The position numbers and the translations under genes were made by a program. 64,000 nucleotides of DNA from an uncultured virus (IMG/VR IMGVR_UViG_3300014819_001231) (taxonomy: Duplodnaviria; Heunggongvirae; Uroviricota; Caudoviricetes). Numbering within the stretch: position 1 is the stretch's first letter; the number at the start of each line of letters is the position of its first letter. Under the pieces are notes generated by a model that searched no databases, was not told the origin of the DNA, and saw only the letters and a list, made by a program, of their open reading frames with translations. The stretch is from the IMG/VR virus record IMGVR_UViG_3300014819_001231. One strand, given 5' to 3'. Shown piece after piece: positions 10,340 to 18,733 of the stretch.

Positions 10340-11012
10340 TTTTTACTCCTTTGTTATCGTGCTCGGAAAGATAACGAGGTGTGTAGTCAGAACCTTCCTC
10401 TTCTTTTATGAAACCCAAACTCTGTAATTTATTTCTTGTCATGTTAGTAAAAAGAAAATCTTGCTCTAATTGATTACTACTTTTGGCGGCGGATGATATA
10501 ACTTTCGGGTAATCAATATCTAAATCTATAAAAGCTTTAGTCTTAGCATTATAAATCTCCACAAAATCTGGTTCATATGGAGAAGATTTCCAACTAGCTA
10601 AAATTTTAGCATTTTTTCTCGATACATCGTATGGCATAAATTTGCCTTGTTGCTTTTTACATTGGGCAACAGCTTCTCGTATGGGCAAGCCTGGTTGTAT
10701 GTTTTGTTTTAGTCCATAAAAAACAACTTTAAATTTATCGCTACTTGTGTAATCTTGTCCTGGAATTACTTTAATATCAATTTTATTATTTTCAGCTATA
10801 TTTTTAGCCAAGTTTCCCACTTGTATGCCAAATTTTGAAACAATTCCAATTATGTCTAAGCCTTTAATGATAGCTGATGATAATATTGATTTCAATTTTG
10901 CTTGAAGATCGGCTTCATTTGGTACCTCTAACTCATCACCAACATACACTCTAAAATCTGCTCTTAGGTTATGTTTTCTTAAAGCTGTTTTAACAAATTG
11001 AGTATACCACAC
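10332..11012 (-). CDS. PHP-fold protein with degenerate metal ligands
   Basis: LRADFRVY, AIIKGLDIIGIVSK, IKVIPGQDY, DFVEIYNAK and SSAAKS follow the PHP motif order (DLHxH, GLDxIxITDH, IPGxE, DxVExxN, GSDAH), but the His/Asp/Glu ligands are replaced. Confidence 0.65.
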   Translation of the reverse strand: MWYTQFVKTALRKHNLRADFRVYVGDELEVPNEADLQAKLKSILSSAIIKGLDIIGIVSKFGIQVGNLAKNIAENNKIDIKVIPGQDYTSSDKFKVVFYGLKQNIQPGLPIREAVAQCKKQQGKFMPYDVSRKNAKILASWKSSPYEPDFVEIYNAKTKAFIDLDIDYPKVISSAAKSSNQLEQDFLFTNMTRNKLQSLGFIKEEEGSDYTPRYLSEHDNKGVKNG

Positions 11013-11040
11013 AATTAACTAATTAAGAAAAAACCAGCTT

Positions 11041-11463
11041 TTAGCCTCTATTTTTTTTTCTTCCGCAATTGCCACAAAAATTATCTTTCGCATTGTATTT
11101 TTGCCCGCAATTTCTACAAAAATTATCGTTTGAAACTAACTTTGACGAACAAACAGATATTTCATCTAAACTGGAAAGCAATTCTTTATGACTTAAATTG
11201 AAATCATCGTGGTCATCCCAAACCGCATGCGAAGCCACGGTTATAATTTCATCCACATCATCTTGGATAGGGATTCTATTAGCTATGGCTTCAATGTTCT
11301 TTATTAAACAATCCGATGCACTATAATTGCCTTCTGTCCACTTCACCGCTGAGGTGGGATTCATCTGCGTATCAGTGGTACCAGTAATACCCGTGGGGCC
11401 TTTTGAAAATTGTCCCACTTTTTCCTTGGAAAAACTAACCCTGGAATTTTCGCTATTGTTCAT
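11041..11463 (-). CDS. Protein with C-terminal double zinc ribbon
   Basis: FCRNCGQK...NFCGNCG at the C-terminus. Confidence 0.7.
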   Translation of the reverse strand: MNNSENSRVSFSKEKVGQFSKGPTGITGTTDTQMNPTSAVKWTEGNYSASDCLIKNIEAIANRIPIQDDVDEIITVASHAVWDDHDDFNLSHKELLSSLDEISVCSSKLVSNDNFCRNCGQKYNAKDNFCGNCGRKKNRG

Positions 11464-11798
11464 TTTTTGTCAAAACTAAAAGATTTTACTTTAATTTGAT
11501 TGTCTTTGATGCCTGGATAATTTTTAAGAGCCTCCCATGCATGATTTAATAATTCTGTTTCACCTATCTCAGGACCCACTTCAAACGAGAATGTGATTTC
11601 ATGTACTGTTGGCTTATCACTTTGCGGGGTTTGTGTGTTGCCATAATTCTTAACATTTGGATTGAGATTCATAGGATCTACAACAGATGGGTTCGGAACA
11701 TCTGATAACTGATCTGCGGTATTTTTTAATTCTTGTGATAATTCTGGATGAGTGTCTTCAATCATCTGGGCGGCTTTTATTAATTTTTCCACGTTCAT
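11460..11798 (-). CDS. Hypothetical protein
   Basis: 112 aa ORF preceded by the AGG promoter-like motif; helical N-terminus LIKAAQMIED...ADQL. Confidence 0.6.
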   Translation of the reverse strand: MNVEKLIKAAQMIEDTHPELSQELKNTADQLSDVPNPSVVDPMNLNPNVKNYGNTQTPQSDKPTVHEITFSFEVGPEIGETELLNHAWEALKNYPGIKDNQIKVKSFSFDKK

Positions 11799-12042
11799 GT
11801 CTATCTTTTACATAAAAAAACAAATTTTCCTCGAAAAAGTTGTCGCTTACAGAATACAGGAAATACTAATTAACTATTATATCTGTAATATTATCTGTAC
11901 ACTTACTGTAAGTCTACTTGTAAGCTTACAGAGATTTTTTGAAACTATTTTTAAAAAAATATGTATAAATATTTGTATCCAGGAGTTCCGTTTTTGAAAG
12001 GAAATAAGCGTACTTACTCTTGGATATAAACAATCACAATCA

Positions 12043-12759
12043 ATGGAAAAGATTATATCTGTTAATAGAATTTTTGAAAAAGAATATTGTCATATTAAAC
12101 AATCTTCTCCTAAAAGAACATGGATGGATAATACTAAAAGCAAATATGCTTATAGATGCTTGCCAATGACAATTGCAAATCAGGCGTCATGGGATGTGTT
12201 GTGCCCCTCTAATGTAGAATTTGATTGGTCAGGAGATGATTCAACCCAATCGTTAAATATTAAATACATAAACAAAGGTGATGATTTTTATGAATTTGCA
12301 AGCAGCTTGTTTGGATATGGAATTATTACTTTTCATGTTGATTTTGTAATTAAAACTACAGCAAATACATCTATTTATGTGAAAGGACCAGCTAATAGTA
12401 GCAAACATGGTATTCAACCATTAGAGGGTATAGTGGAAACTTTTTGGTTGCCATTTTCTTTCACAATGAATTGGAAATTCACTCAACCAGGTAAAACAAG
12501 TTTTCAAAAAGACGAACCTTTGTTTACTTTTTTTCCTATTGATTTGGAATATTTAGAAAGTTTTTCTCTAGAAACAAAAAATTTGTCAGATGATAATACT
12601 TTTTTTAATAAATATAAAACATATTCTGATTCGAGATCAGAACATATCTCTGAACAAGTAGCAGATTGGCAAAAATTTTATATGCAAGGAGTGGAGCCTT
12701 TCATGGAAAATAAAATTCCGACACATAAAACTAAAATAAATTTAAAAAAATTGAATTAA
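12043..12759 (+). CDS. DUF6065-family protein
   Basis: RTWMD...YAYRCLPMTIANQ.SW, FGYGIITFH, GPAN..K.GIQPLEGIVETFWLPFSFTMNWKFT. Confidence 0.8.
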   Translation: MEKIISVNRIFEKEYCHIKQSSPKRTWMDNTKSKYAYRCLPMTIANQASWDVLCPSNVEFDWSGDDSTQSLNIKYINKGDDFYEFASSLFGYGIITFHVDFVIKTTANTSIYVKGPANSSKHGIQPLEGIVETFWLPFSFTMNWKFTQPGKTSFQKDEPLFTFFPIDLEYLESFSLETKNLSDDNTFFNKYKTYSDSRSEHISEQVADWQKFYMQGVEPFMENKIPTHKTKINLKKLN

Positions 12760-12811
12760 AAATTATTAAGTAGACAAACTGTTTAAAATCATTCGCAAAC
12801 GCATTATTATT

Positions 12812-13234
12812 TCAAACACCAAAAGCCATAAATTGTGTGTGATTGAATTCGTTGGCTAATGCTCTACATTCATCACAACAGTTGTTTGAAAATTGCCAAA
12901 TTTTCCGACCACCTGGCATCCTTTCAATATAACATCTACAGTTTTCATGGATTGGAGGTAAAGACATCTCCCGTGTTGAGGGTTCCTCAGGTTGCGCGGG
13001 TTGTATTCGCTGAGGTTCATTCGCTGAAACGGGTTGAGGTCGATTTTGTTTTAAGTTACCTAGTATTTGAGCGCCGTATTGTTGTTTATATAAATTTAAG
13101 TTCTCAAGAACATCGCTAAACATATCATAAGAATTGGGCGAGTTTTGCCAATTAGGATATTTGATTGCTAAAATTCTTTTTGCCCACCAATCATCGCCTT
13201 TATCACTCAAAAATTGTGAAAATTTATACCACAC
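12812..13234 (-). CDS. Small protein with SPP1 gp7 / Mu F-like PPxHxNCRC motif
   Basis: LPPIHENCRCYI plus CCDEC. Start reassigned to GTG at 13234 (MWYKFSQ) using the repeated start context and promoter spacing. Confidence 0.6.
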   Translation of the reverse strand: MWYKFSQFLSDKGDDWWAKRILAIKYPNWQNSPNSYDMFSDVLENLNLYKQQYGAQILGNLKQNRPQPVSANEPQRIQPAQPEEPSTREMSLPPIHENCRCYIERMPGGRKIWQFSNNCCDECRALANEFNHTQFMAFGV

Positions 13235-13269
13235 AATTGTGTATTTAAAAGAAAAATTATATAGTCCTA

Positions 13270-13962
13270 TCAAATTGGTATTAATTCAAGCCACAATTTT
13301 TTATATAGTGGATCAGGAATGTAATGTAAAAAGTCAAACATCTCAGTTCTAATTAAGTGCCATATTTTCCAAAAGGATGTCAAATTCTCATCACACCAAT
13401 TGTTTTCGTGTTCGATTGTTTTGTCTAGAAATTGATTATAATTTGAATTATCAAAGTGTTTTTTAGACCAAATTGGAATATTATTGTCTTTTTTGTCATG
13501 CCAAGCATTAGTCATATCATCTGCTCGAACCATTTGATTGATTGCATTATCGTTAAGATGATCTAAAGAGATTATGTTTTCATTGATTTTTTTTTCAAAA
13601 TCAAATTTGAAATCAGGATAATATGTGCTTTGGATGTATTTGAAAGTAGGCAAAACTTTTTGAATTTCTTTTTTTAATGATTGACAGGCAAATGCAATTC
13701 CTTGAAAATGATCTAAAGAAATTCCATTATATTGATTAAACTGTCCTTCTTTTCGCGGATTATGAACATCAATTTGTTCTTCTTCGTCTTCCATTTCAGG
13801 AATATGTTGCACTACTTTTATGCCTTTGAATCCTCTGTCGGACAAATCTAAACTTTGTCCAGAGTGAAGTGCATTCATAATATCCTTAGCTGCATCATCT
13901 ATTTTGATTTCTTTGTTTAATTCTTTTAAATCATATTCATCTGTTGCAAATTTATACCACAC
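13270..13962 (-). CDS. Hypothetical protein (MWYKFA N-terminus)
   Basis: Start reassigned to GTG at 13962, which has the same 26-bp context as the start at 13234. Confidence 0.6.
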   Translation of the reverse strand: MWYKFATDEYDLKELNKEIKIDDAAKDIMNALHSGQSLDLSDRGFKGIKVVQHIPEMEDEEEQIDVHNPRKEGQFNQYNGISLDHFQGIAFACQSLKKEIQKVLPTFKYIQSTYYPDFKFDFEKKINENIISLDHLNDNAINQMVRADDMTNAWHDKKDNNIPIWSKKHFDNSNYNQFLDKTIEHENNWCDENLTSFWKIWHLIRTEMFDFLHYIPDPLYKKLWLELIPI

Positions 13963-14009
13963 AATTGTGTATTCAATTTTGATGAGTTTATAACCTAAAA
14001 AACCTGTAG

Positions 14010-14039
14010 TTGACAACTTGGTTATTTTTTGTATAAATA
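14010..14039 (+). promoter_or_regulatory. Sigma70-like promoter for the 14044 gene
   Basis: TTGACA (14010-14015), 16-nt spacer, TATAAA (14032-14037), ending 6 nt before the ATG. Confidence 0.55.
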
Positions 14040-14043
14040 AACA

Positions 14044-15027
14044 ATGATTGAGGAAGAAAATTATGAAATTGATTTATTTTTAAATGATTCTGGGGTTGTT
14101 AAAATTTCAGCAGGCCCTCCACCTCATTGTTTCGAGTCTGAAAAAGATTATTCTTATGCTCGTAACCATCTCCATCCAGAAGATGCTTTTTACAAAAAAA
14201 TTGTTGATACAGAATTTTTTTCGGAAGAAGAATTTATAATTAAAAAAAATTTTGATAGAGAGATATGTGAAAAACAAATCGAAGCTTTAAATCATTTTAG
14301 AACCAAACCAATAGAAGAGGATTATATTAAATATTTTTCCGAAGATTTTAGAAAAAAAGAACTTGAAGAGCGTATCAAAAATTTTTACGACCTCCCAAAA
14401 TCGCAAATTTTAGAAGACATGCACAAGGTTCCTCAAGAAATTTTAAATGACTTTTCTGGCCATCCAGTTTATATTAAACCAAAATACAAAATGCCTCTTT
14501 GGGCTAAATTAAAAATTCTCAAATTTAACTTAAAAGGCAATAAATTATATTCTTTTAAGAAATTTAAAAAAGAACGCTTTAAAAAAAATATCGCTACAAA
14601 AAAATTTGATTTAAATAAGTATCTCAAAGCGAAAGAAATAGCATGGATGCTTTTTGTTTGTAAATGGCATAATTTTAGAGTTAATCATAAAAACCCAGTT
14701 AAAACTCATTACTTAACAAAAACTCTCGATTTGAATCACAAACCGGCAAAAAACACCACCAAATGTTTAACATATCAAGACTTGCATCCTAAAAAGGAGA
14801 ATAAAACTCTTATCTGGTTTGTTAACCTCAAACCTGTAAAATTCATCGAAACAAAACTTTTCAAAAAATATTCTGACAAGGTTCAAGATTATGTTTTGAA
14901 TTATATTAAAAAAGATTTAGTTTTTAGCTCATATGAGTGGGAACTTGAATATTATGAACCCAAAAAGAAAAAATATAAAAAAATAAACAAAAAAGGAAAA
15001 CCTTATAGTGTTGCAAGAATTGGCTAA
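14044..15027 (+). CDS. Hypothetical protein, acidic N-terminus and Lys-rich C-terminus
   Basis: 327 aa ORF; no family recognised. Confidence 0.6.
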   Translation: MIEEENYEIDLFLNDSGVVKISAGPPPHCFESEKDYSYARNHLHPEDAFYKKIVDTEFFSEEEFIIKKNFDREICEKQIEALNHFRTKPIEEDYIKYFSEDFRKKELEERIKNFYDLPKSQILEDMHKVPQEILNDFSGHPVYIKPKYKMPLWAKLKILKFNLKGNKLYSFKKFKKERFKKNIATKKFDLNKYLKAKEIAWMLFVCKWHNFRVNHKNPVKTHYLTKTLDLNHKPAKNTTKCLTYQDLHPKKENKTLIWFVNLKPVKFIETKLFKKYSDKVQDYVLNYIKKDLVFSSYEWELEYYEPKKKKYKKINKKGKPYSVARIG

Positions 15028-15032
15028 TTATT

Positions 15033-15341
15033 ATGGAAAAAATAAAATTTGTCACTTCATCAATATTTAATATTTATGATTTGACTAAATATTATGATGC
15101 ATCCGAGCAAGGATATGGAGCTTCAGATGAGCCTATGCTTAATCCTATGCAAAGAGTAACAATTAGAAATATATTTTCTTCCACACAAGAAGAAAAAGAA
15201 GCAGATAGTGTAATCGAAATGGATAGGTGTAATGTTTCCTTTGATCAATCTGGAAAAATGAGCATTAGCCATGGAGATATTCAAACAACATTGATAAGAT
15301 CTGATGGAGGTCATATTGTGGCCTCCGAGCGTATTTTTTAA
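15033..15341 (+). CDS. Hypothetical protein
   Basis: 102 aa ORF, 5 nt after the previous stop. Confidence 0.55.
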   Translation: MEKIKFVTSSIFNIYDLTKYYDASEQGYGASDEPMLNPMQRVTIRNIFSSTQEEKEADSVIEMDRCNVSFDQSGKMSISHGDIQTTLIRSDGGHIVASERIF

Positions 15342-15678
15342 AATTTTTCCGCGAATAAATTGACAAAAATATTTTCAAAAAAAAATAAACTTTTAAAATA
15401 AATCTATAATTTTCTATATTGCTTAAATTAAGCAGTGCATTTAACCAGCAATATAGAATTTTTAACATGGTGGCACCAAGGTTGATCAAACTCTCCGTAA
15501 AAAGTGGTGGCCCGAAAGTGGACAACTAATGACGACCTTTGTTCAGCCAAAAACATTAAAATTCAGAACAGATATCAAGGCGATAGGTTGTTTTAAGCAT
15601 TATGTCTGGCAACGATTTTCTTTAAGAATGCTCATTAATTTTGTAGGAAAAAAAATATCATTTTTATAAAATTAAAAT

Positions 15679-16161
15679 ATGAGTTATCCATCAACTAGAA
15701 ATACAGCTACTTTTCCCACTTATGCAAATGGTTTTCCGGTTAAATTGGTAGACCCAAATAGTTTAGGTTTCATTGACGGATACGGCATTTCTACATCATC
15801 CATAGCGATAAGCGCCTCAGTAGTTAGCTTTGCAGAGCCTAAATTGCAAAATACATATCTTCTCGGGGTGAATAGTAGTGTTACTGCAAAAGGTTATTTT
15901 GCTGATATAGATGGTGATATTACAGGCACATCTTTTTCCACTACAATTCCTCAAGCAGGTGGCTCTCCTTGGTCGTTTTCTAAGGTTTCTGGTGGTATAC
16001 CAACCACCGCCCAGTTTGCGAGGGTGGTGCTCTCAGGCGATGTGTATGCGGTGTCTTCAAAAACTAGTAGCATTTCCGATTTTCAAACAAACACTTCTAA
16101 TTATCCAAAAATAATTGCTATTACATCATCTTATAACACATTTGGAAGAGGTGGAAACTAA
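15679..16161 (+). CDS. Hypothetical S/T/G-rich protein, possibly virion-associated
   Basis: 160 aa ORF preceded by the AGG-N20-AAW motif (AGG at 15645-15647). Confidence 0.6.
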   Translation: MSYPSTRNTATFPTYANGFPVKLVDPNSLGFIDGYGISTSSIAISASVVSFAEPKLQNTYLLGVNSSVTAKGYFADIDGDITGTSFSTTIPQAGGSPWSFSKVSGGIPTTAQFARVVLSGDVYAVSSKTSSISDFQTNTSNYPKIIAITSSYNTFGRGGN

Positions 16162-16367
16162 TTCGAAATAAACTCTCTAGTAGAAAGATTTCCAAAATCA
16201 TCACTGACAATTGTGTATTTTCCTGGATTTAATCGAAGGCTTTTACCTTCTTGAAATCTTATCAATCCTGTGTCCAATAATTGAATTCTGTACACCCCTC
16301 GGGCTATTTGAGCGGCCATGCTATTGTCGCTTACCAGATAGTATTGTTCCATGCTATTTTTGTACAC
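16158..16367 (-). CDS. Small hypothetical protein
   Basis: 69 aa ORF at the end of the amidase gene; the start may be the ATG at 16352. Confidence 0.45.
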   Translation of the reverse strand: MYKNSMEQYYLVSDNSMAAQIARGVYRIQLLDTGLIRFQEGKSLRLNPGKYTIVSDDFGNLSTREFISN

Positions 16368-17100
16368 AATAGAATTTTAAATTCACCGCATCCCAGGAAT
16401 AAGAATATTTAGTGGTTAAAACATCTATCACTTTTTGTTCGCCAGACAATCCGTTGTTAAAGCCTGAAATTTTTTGTAAATCGGATACTAAAGCATAAAC
16501 ATTATTATTTCTAAGCACTCCGTTGATTACTCCAGCAGGATCGTGTCCTTCGCCTTTTTTGTAAAGCACCACTTTGCACGGATGATTCATTTTTTCATTC
16601 ACGCTTTTTATAAAATCTGCTTTGATAACATTTTTTCCAGGACAATCGTGAGTAGTGGTTGGATCTTCTTTGTGTATTTTCATCGTTGATGGGTCAAAGT
16701 TAAAATATAAATGGAGTTCTGCAATTAGGTTTAATGAATTTTCTCTTACTTTTTTGCCCGCACCTGTCGTGAAGTCTTCTTTTGAGTAATCTCCTAGCAT
16801 TTCCACGCCGATGGCTATTGAATTCCAGGATGGGCTGTGTGTGCCTTTTTTGCTAATTGGATTAAATGCCCATGTTGAATTCTGGTCTACAAAAAAATGT
16901 GGGCCCCCGTTCCAACCCATCCCAGAATAATATCCTTGAAGATTTTTCATGTGTTCAGCGGTAAATCCATTTGGTCTCTGTGCTAAGGTTGGTGTGCCTG
17001 TATTATGAAGAACAATAAATTCCGGGTTCCATTGCATGTTCTTTGCATAATAGCTCAAATAGTCTTTTATGTTTACTTTTTTTCCAATAATCTCGAACAT
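16354..17100 (-). CDS. N-acetylmuramoyl-L-alanine amidase (Amidase_2), probable endolysin
   Basis: IVLHNT, GPHFFVD, HSPSWNSIAIGVEM and IHKED...HDCPGK supply the Zn-ligand His/His/Cys pattern. Confidence 0.85.
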   Translation of the reverse strand: MFEIIGKKVNIKDYLSYYAKNMQWNPEFIVLHNTGTPTLAQRPNGFTAEHMKNLQGYYSGMGWNGGPHFFVDQNSTWAFNPISKKGTHSPSWNSIAIGVEMLGDYSKEDFTTGAGKKVRENSLNLIAELHLYFNFDPSTMKIHKEDPTTTHDCPGKNVIKADFIKSVNEKMNHPCKVVLYKKGEGHDPAGVINGVLRNNNVYALVSDLQKISGFNNGLSGEQKVIDVLTTKYSYSWDAVNLKFYCVQK

Positions 17101-17103
17101 AAT

Positions 17104-17484
17104 CTATATTTCTGGCTGAATTATAGTAATTACTGTTGTAGATTCACCTATTTGATGCCAGAAATCCATAAATCTCACATCATATCGTCTTATAAAATTA
17201 TGGTTGTCATCAGGAATGATATTCGCCTTTACCAAGAGGTCTCCGATTGGTTTGATTATGTTATCAACATCAGCTTTTTTTCCAAACCCTCTTCCTCCAA
17301 AAACGCAAATCTCTATGTCTACGGGAAAATTTGCTATTTTATCATTGTGTTTTATGTTTTCAAGATTTATTTCTATCCATTTTTTATATTTTTTGGATTT
17401 AACCATTCCAAACTTTGCAGAAGGCACGTACATATTGTTAGCTGAAAATGGCGCTCCGATAGTAAAAGTAGTACGTAAATCCAC
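17104..17484 (-). CDS. rusA: RusA-family Holliday junction resolvase
   Basis: PFSANNMY...DVDNIIKPIGDLL...IIPDDN contains the RusA DxDNxxK...D...DD signature. Confidence 0.85.
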   Translation of the reverse strand: MDLRTTFTIGAPFSANNMYVPSAKFGMVKSKKYKKWIEINLENIKHNDKIANFPVDIEICVFGGRGFGKKADVDNIIKPIGDLLVKANIIPDDNHNFIRRYDVRFMDFWHQIGESTTVITIIQPEI

Positions 17485-17534
17485 ATAGTTTTTTTACAAA
17501 AATATTAAAAAATTATTTTTTGAAATAATTTTTT

Positions 17535-18317
17535 CTATAACTCTTTAATTTTTATATATTCTAGTGTAAACAAATAAAGATCTTCAATAGTTTTTATTTT
17601 AGAATCTTTCTCTAACATAGTCTGAATCGCCGCATCGTTTTTGCACCATCGTCGCCCATCCCAATATTCGAAACCAGCAAATTTTGTTTTATATAAGCCA
17701 AAATTCTCAGATATGCCACCAATGTACACATAGTCAATGTTTCTTTCTTTAGCTAATTCCACCTCTTTAATTTGCGACACTATTCCTAGCGATAATTTAG
17801 GATTTTCATAGTTCCAACAAAACTGGTGTGAGTACATTTGCCCTCCCAAAAATTCGACCATACAATAAGCTACAAGATTTCCATCGTCATAATAGCAAAG
17901 GTATTTTAAAATATCATTTTTATATCTTTCAATAAATTTTGTGTAGGATTTTACATCGCCAAAATCTTTGTATTTACAATATGCTAAATAAATATTATAT
18001 ATTTTTTTAAAATCTAAATCTTTTGAGTCTTTTAATTCAAATTTTAAATCATTTTTTAAAAGGCGTTTTTGATTTTTATTAATTGAAAAATCATTTACAC
18101 AAATCCTTGAGGATCTTACCTGGACCCATATAATTTGGTTCTTTTCAAATGATTGTTTAGAAAATAAAGAATTTGAATCGTACCAAGACATAAACGGAAC
18201 CCATCCATTTTCGAGAGCATATTGCTCTTCATCTTTTTCAAAGCAGGCAGAAACAAGAACAAAATTAAAATCTTTGTCTGATTGCTGGCTCAATATATGA
18301 TCAAAGAAAAGATTCAT
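17535..18317 (-). CDS. ATE/Bpt-like aminoacyl-tRNA--protein transferase (GNAT fold)
   Basis: ALENGW, SSRICVNDF..NKNQKRLLK, WNYENPKLSLG....IKEVELAK....YVYIG and YKTKFAGFE match ATE_N/ATE_C-like motifs. Confidence 0.7.
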   Translation of the reverse strand: MNLFFDHILSQQSDKDFNFVLVSACFEKDEEQYALENGWVPFMSWYDSNSLFSKQSFEKNQIIWVQVRSSRICVNDFSINKNQKRLLKNDLKFELKDSKDLDFKKIYNIYLAYCKYKDFGDVKSYTKFIERYKNDILKYLCYYDDGNLVAYCMVEFLGGQMYSHQFCWNYENPKLSLGIVSQIKEVELAKERNIDYVYIGGISENFGLYKTKFAGFEYWDGRRWCKNDAAIQTMLEKDSKIKTIEDLYLFTLEYIKIKEL

Positions 18318-18692
18318 TCAGATTGACAAAGCATTCCTTTTAAAGAATCGAGTAATCATTGAAGATGGAGAACAGAAATCCTGGAAATCTTTAATTACTT
18401 TTTTGGGTGAAAATTTTCTACAGGAAAATAAATCAAAATATGATTCTTTTGTTTTCGTGTCAAAATGCAGAGTAATGTCTGATGTTTCAATTATTTGAAC
18501 CGCCGATAATCCAAAAATACCTTCCTTGGCGTTTTGATGATAAACAACGATTGGTTCCCCAACAGGGACCATATTTGTATCCTTTACAAGTTTCTTCAAA
18601 AACTGAGACACAGCTTTCACATCGAGGCACACTTCTGTCTCGCAATTTTTAGCATCTATGGTAAGATGCCACCCAAAATTTCTATAATGCAC
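18318..18692 (-). CDS. speD: S-adenosylmethionine decarboxylase proenzyme-like (pyruvoyl family)
   Basis: GWHLTIDAKNC, GLSAVQIIETSDITLHF, YFDLFSCRKF. Confidence 0.75.
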   Translation of the reverse strand: MHYRNFGWHLTIDAKNCETEVCLDVKAVSQFLKKLVKDTNMVPVGEPIVVYHQNAKEGIFGLSAVQIIETSDITLHFDTKTKESYFDLFSCRKFSPKKVIKDFQDFCSPSSMITRFFKRNALSI

Positions 18693-18733
18693 AATTTATA
18701 ATTGTGCGTCTCTGGGTGGCGCACCTATTTTAA

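Noticed and set aside
13235..14016. Longer N-termini from the ORF track for the 12812 and 13270 genes
   Set aside because: The TTG-initiated extensions run through the promoter-like motifs; the GTG starts at 13234 and 13962 share the same context and spacing.
14032..14039. T4-type late promoter TATAAATA
   Set aside because: Seen at only this one gene start, expected by chance in AT-rich DNA, and better explained by the TTGACA-paired sigma70-like promoter.
15505..15540. Hammerhead ribozyme (GAAA ... CTAATGA)
   Set aside because: The core deviates from CUGANGA and there is too little sequence between the elements for the required stems.
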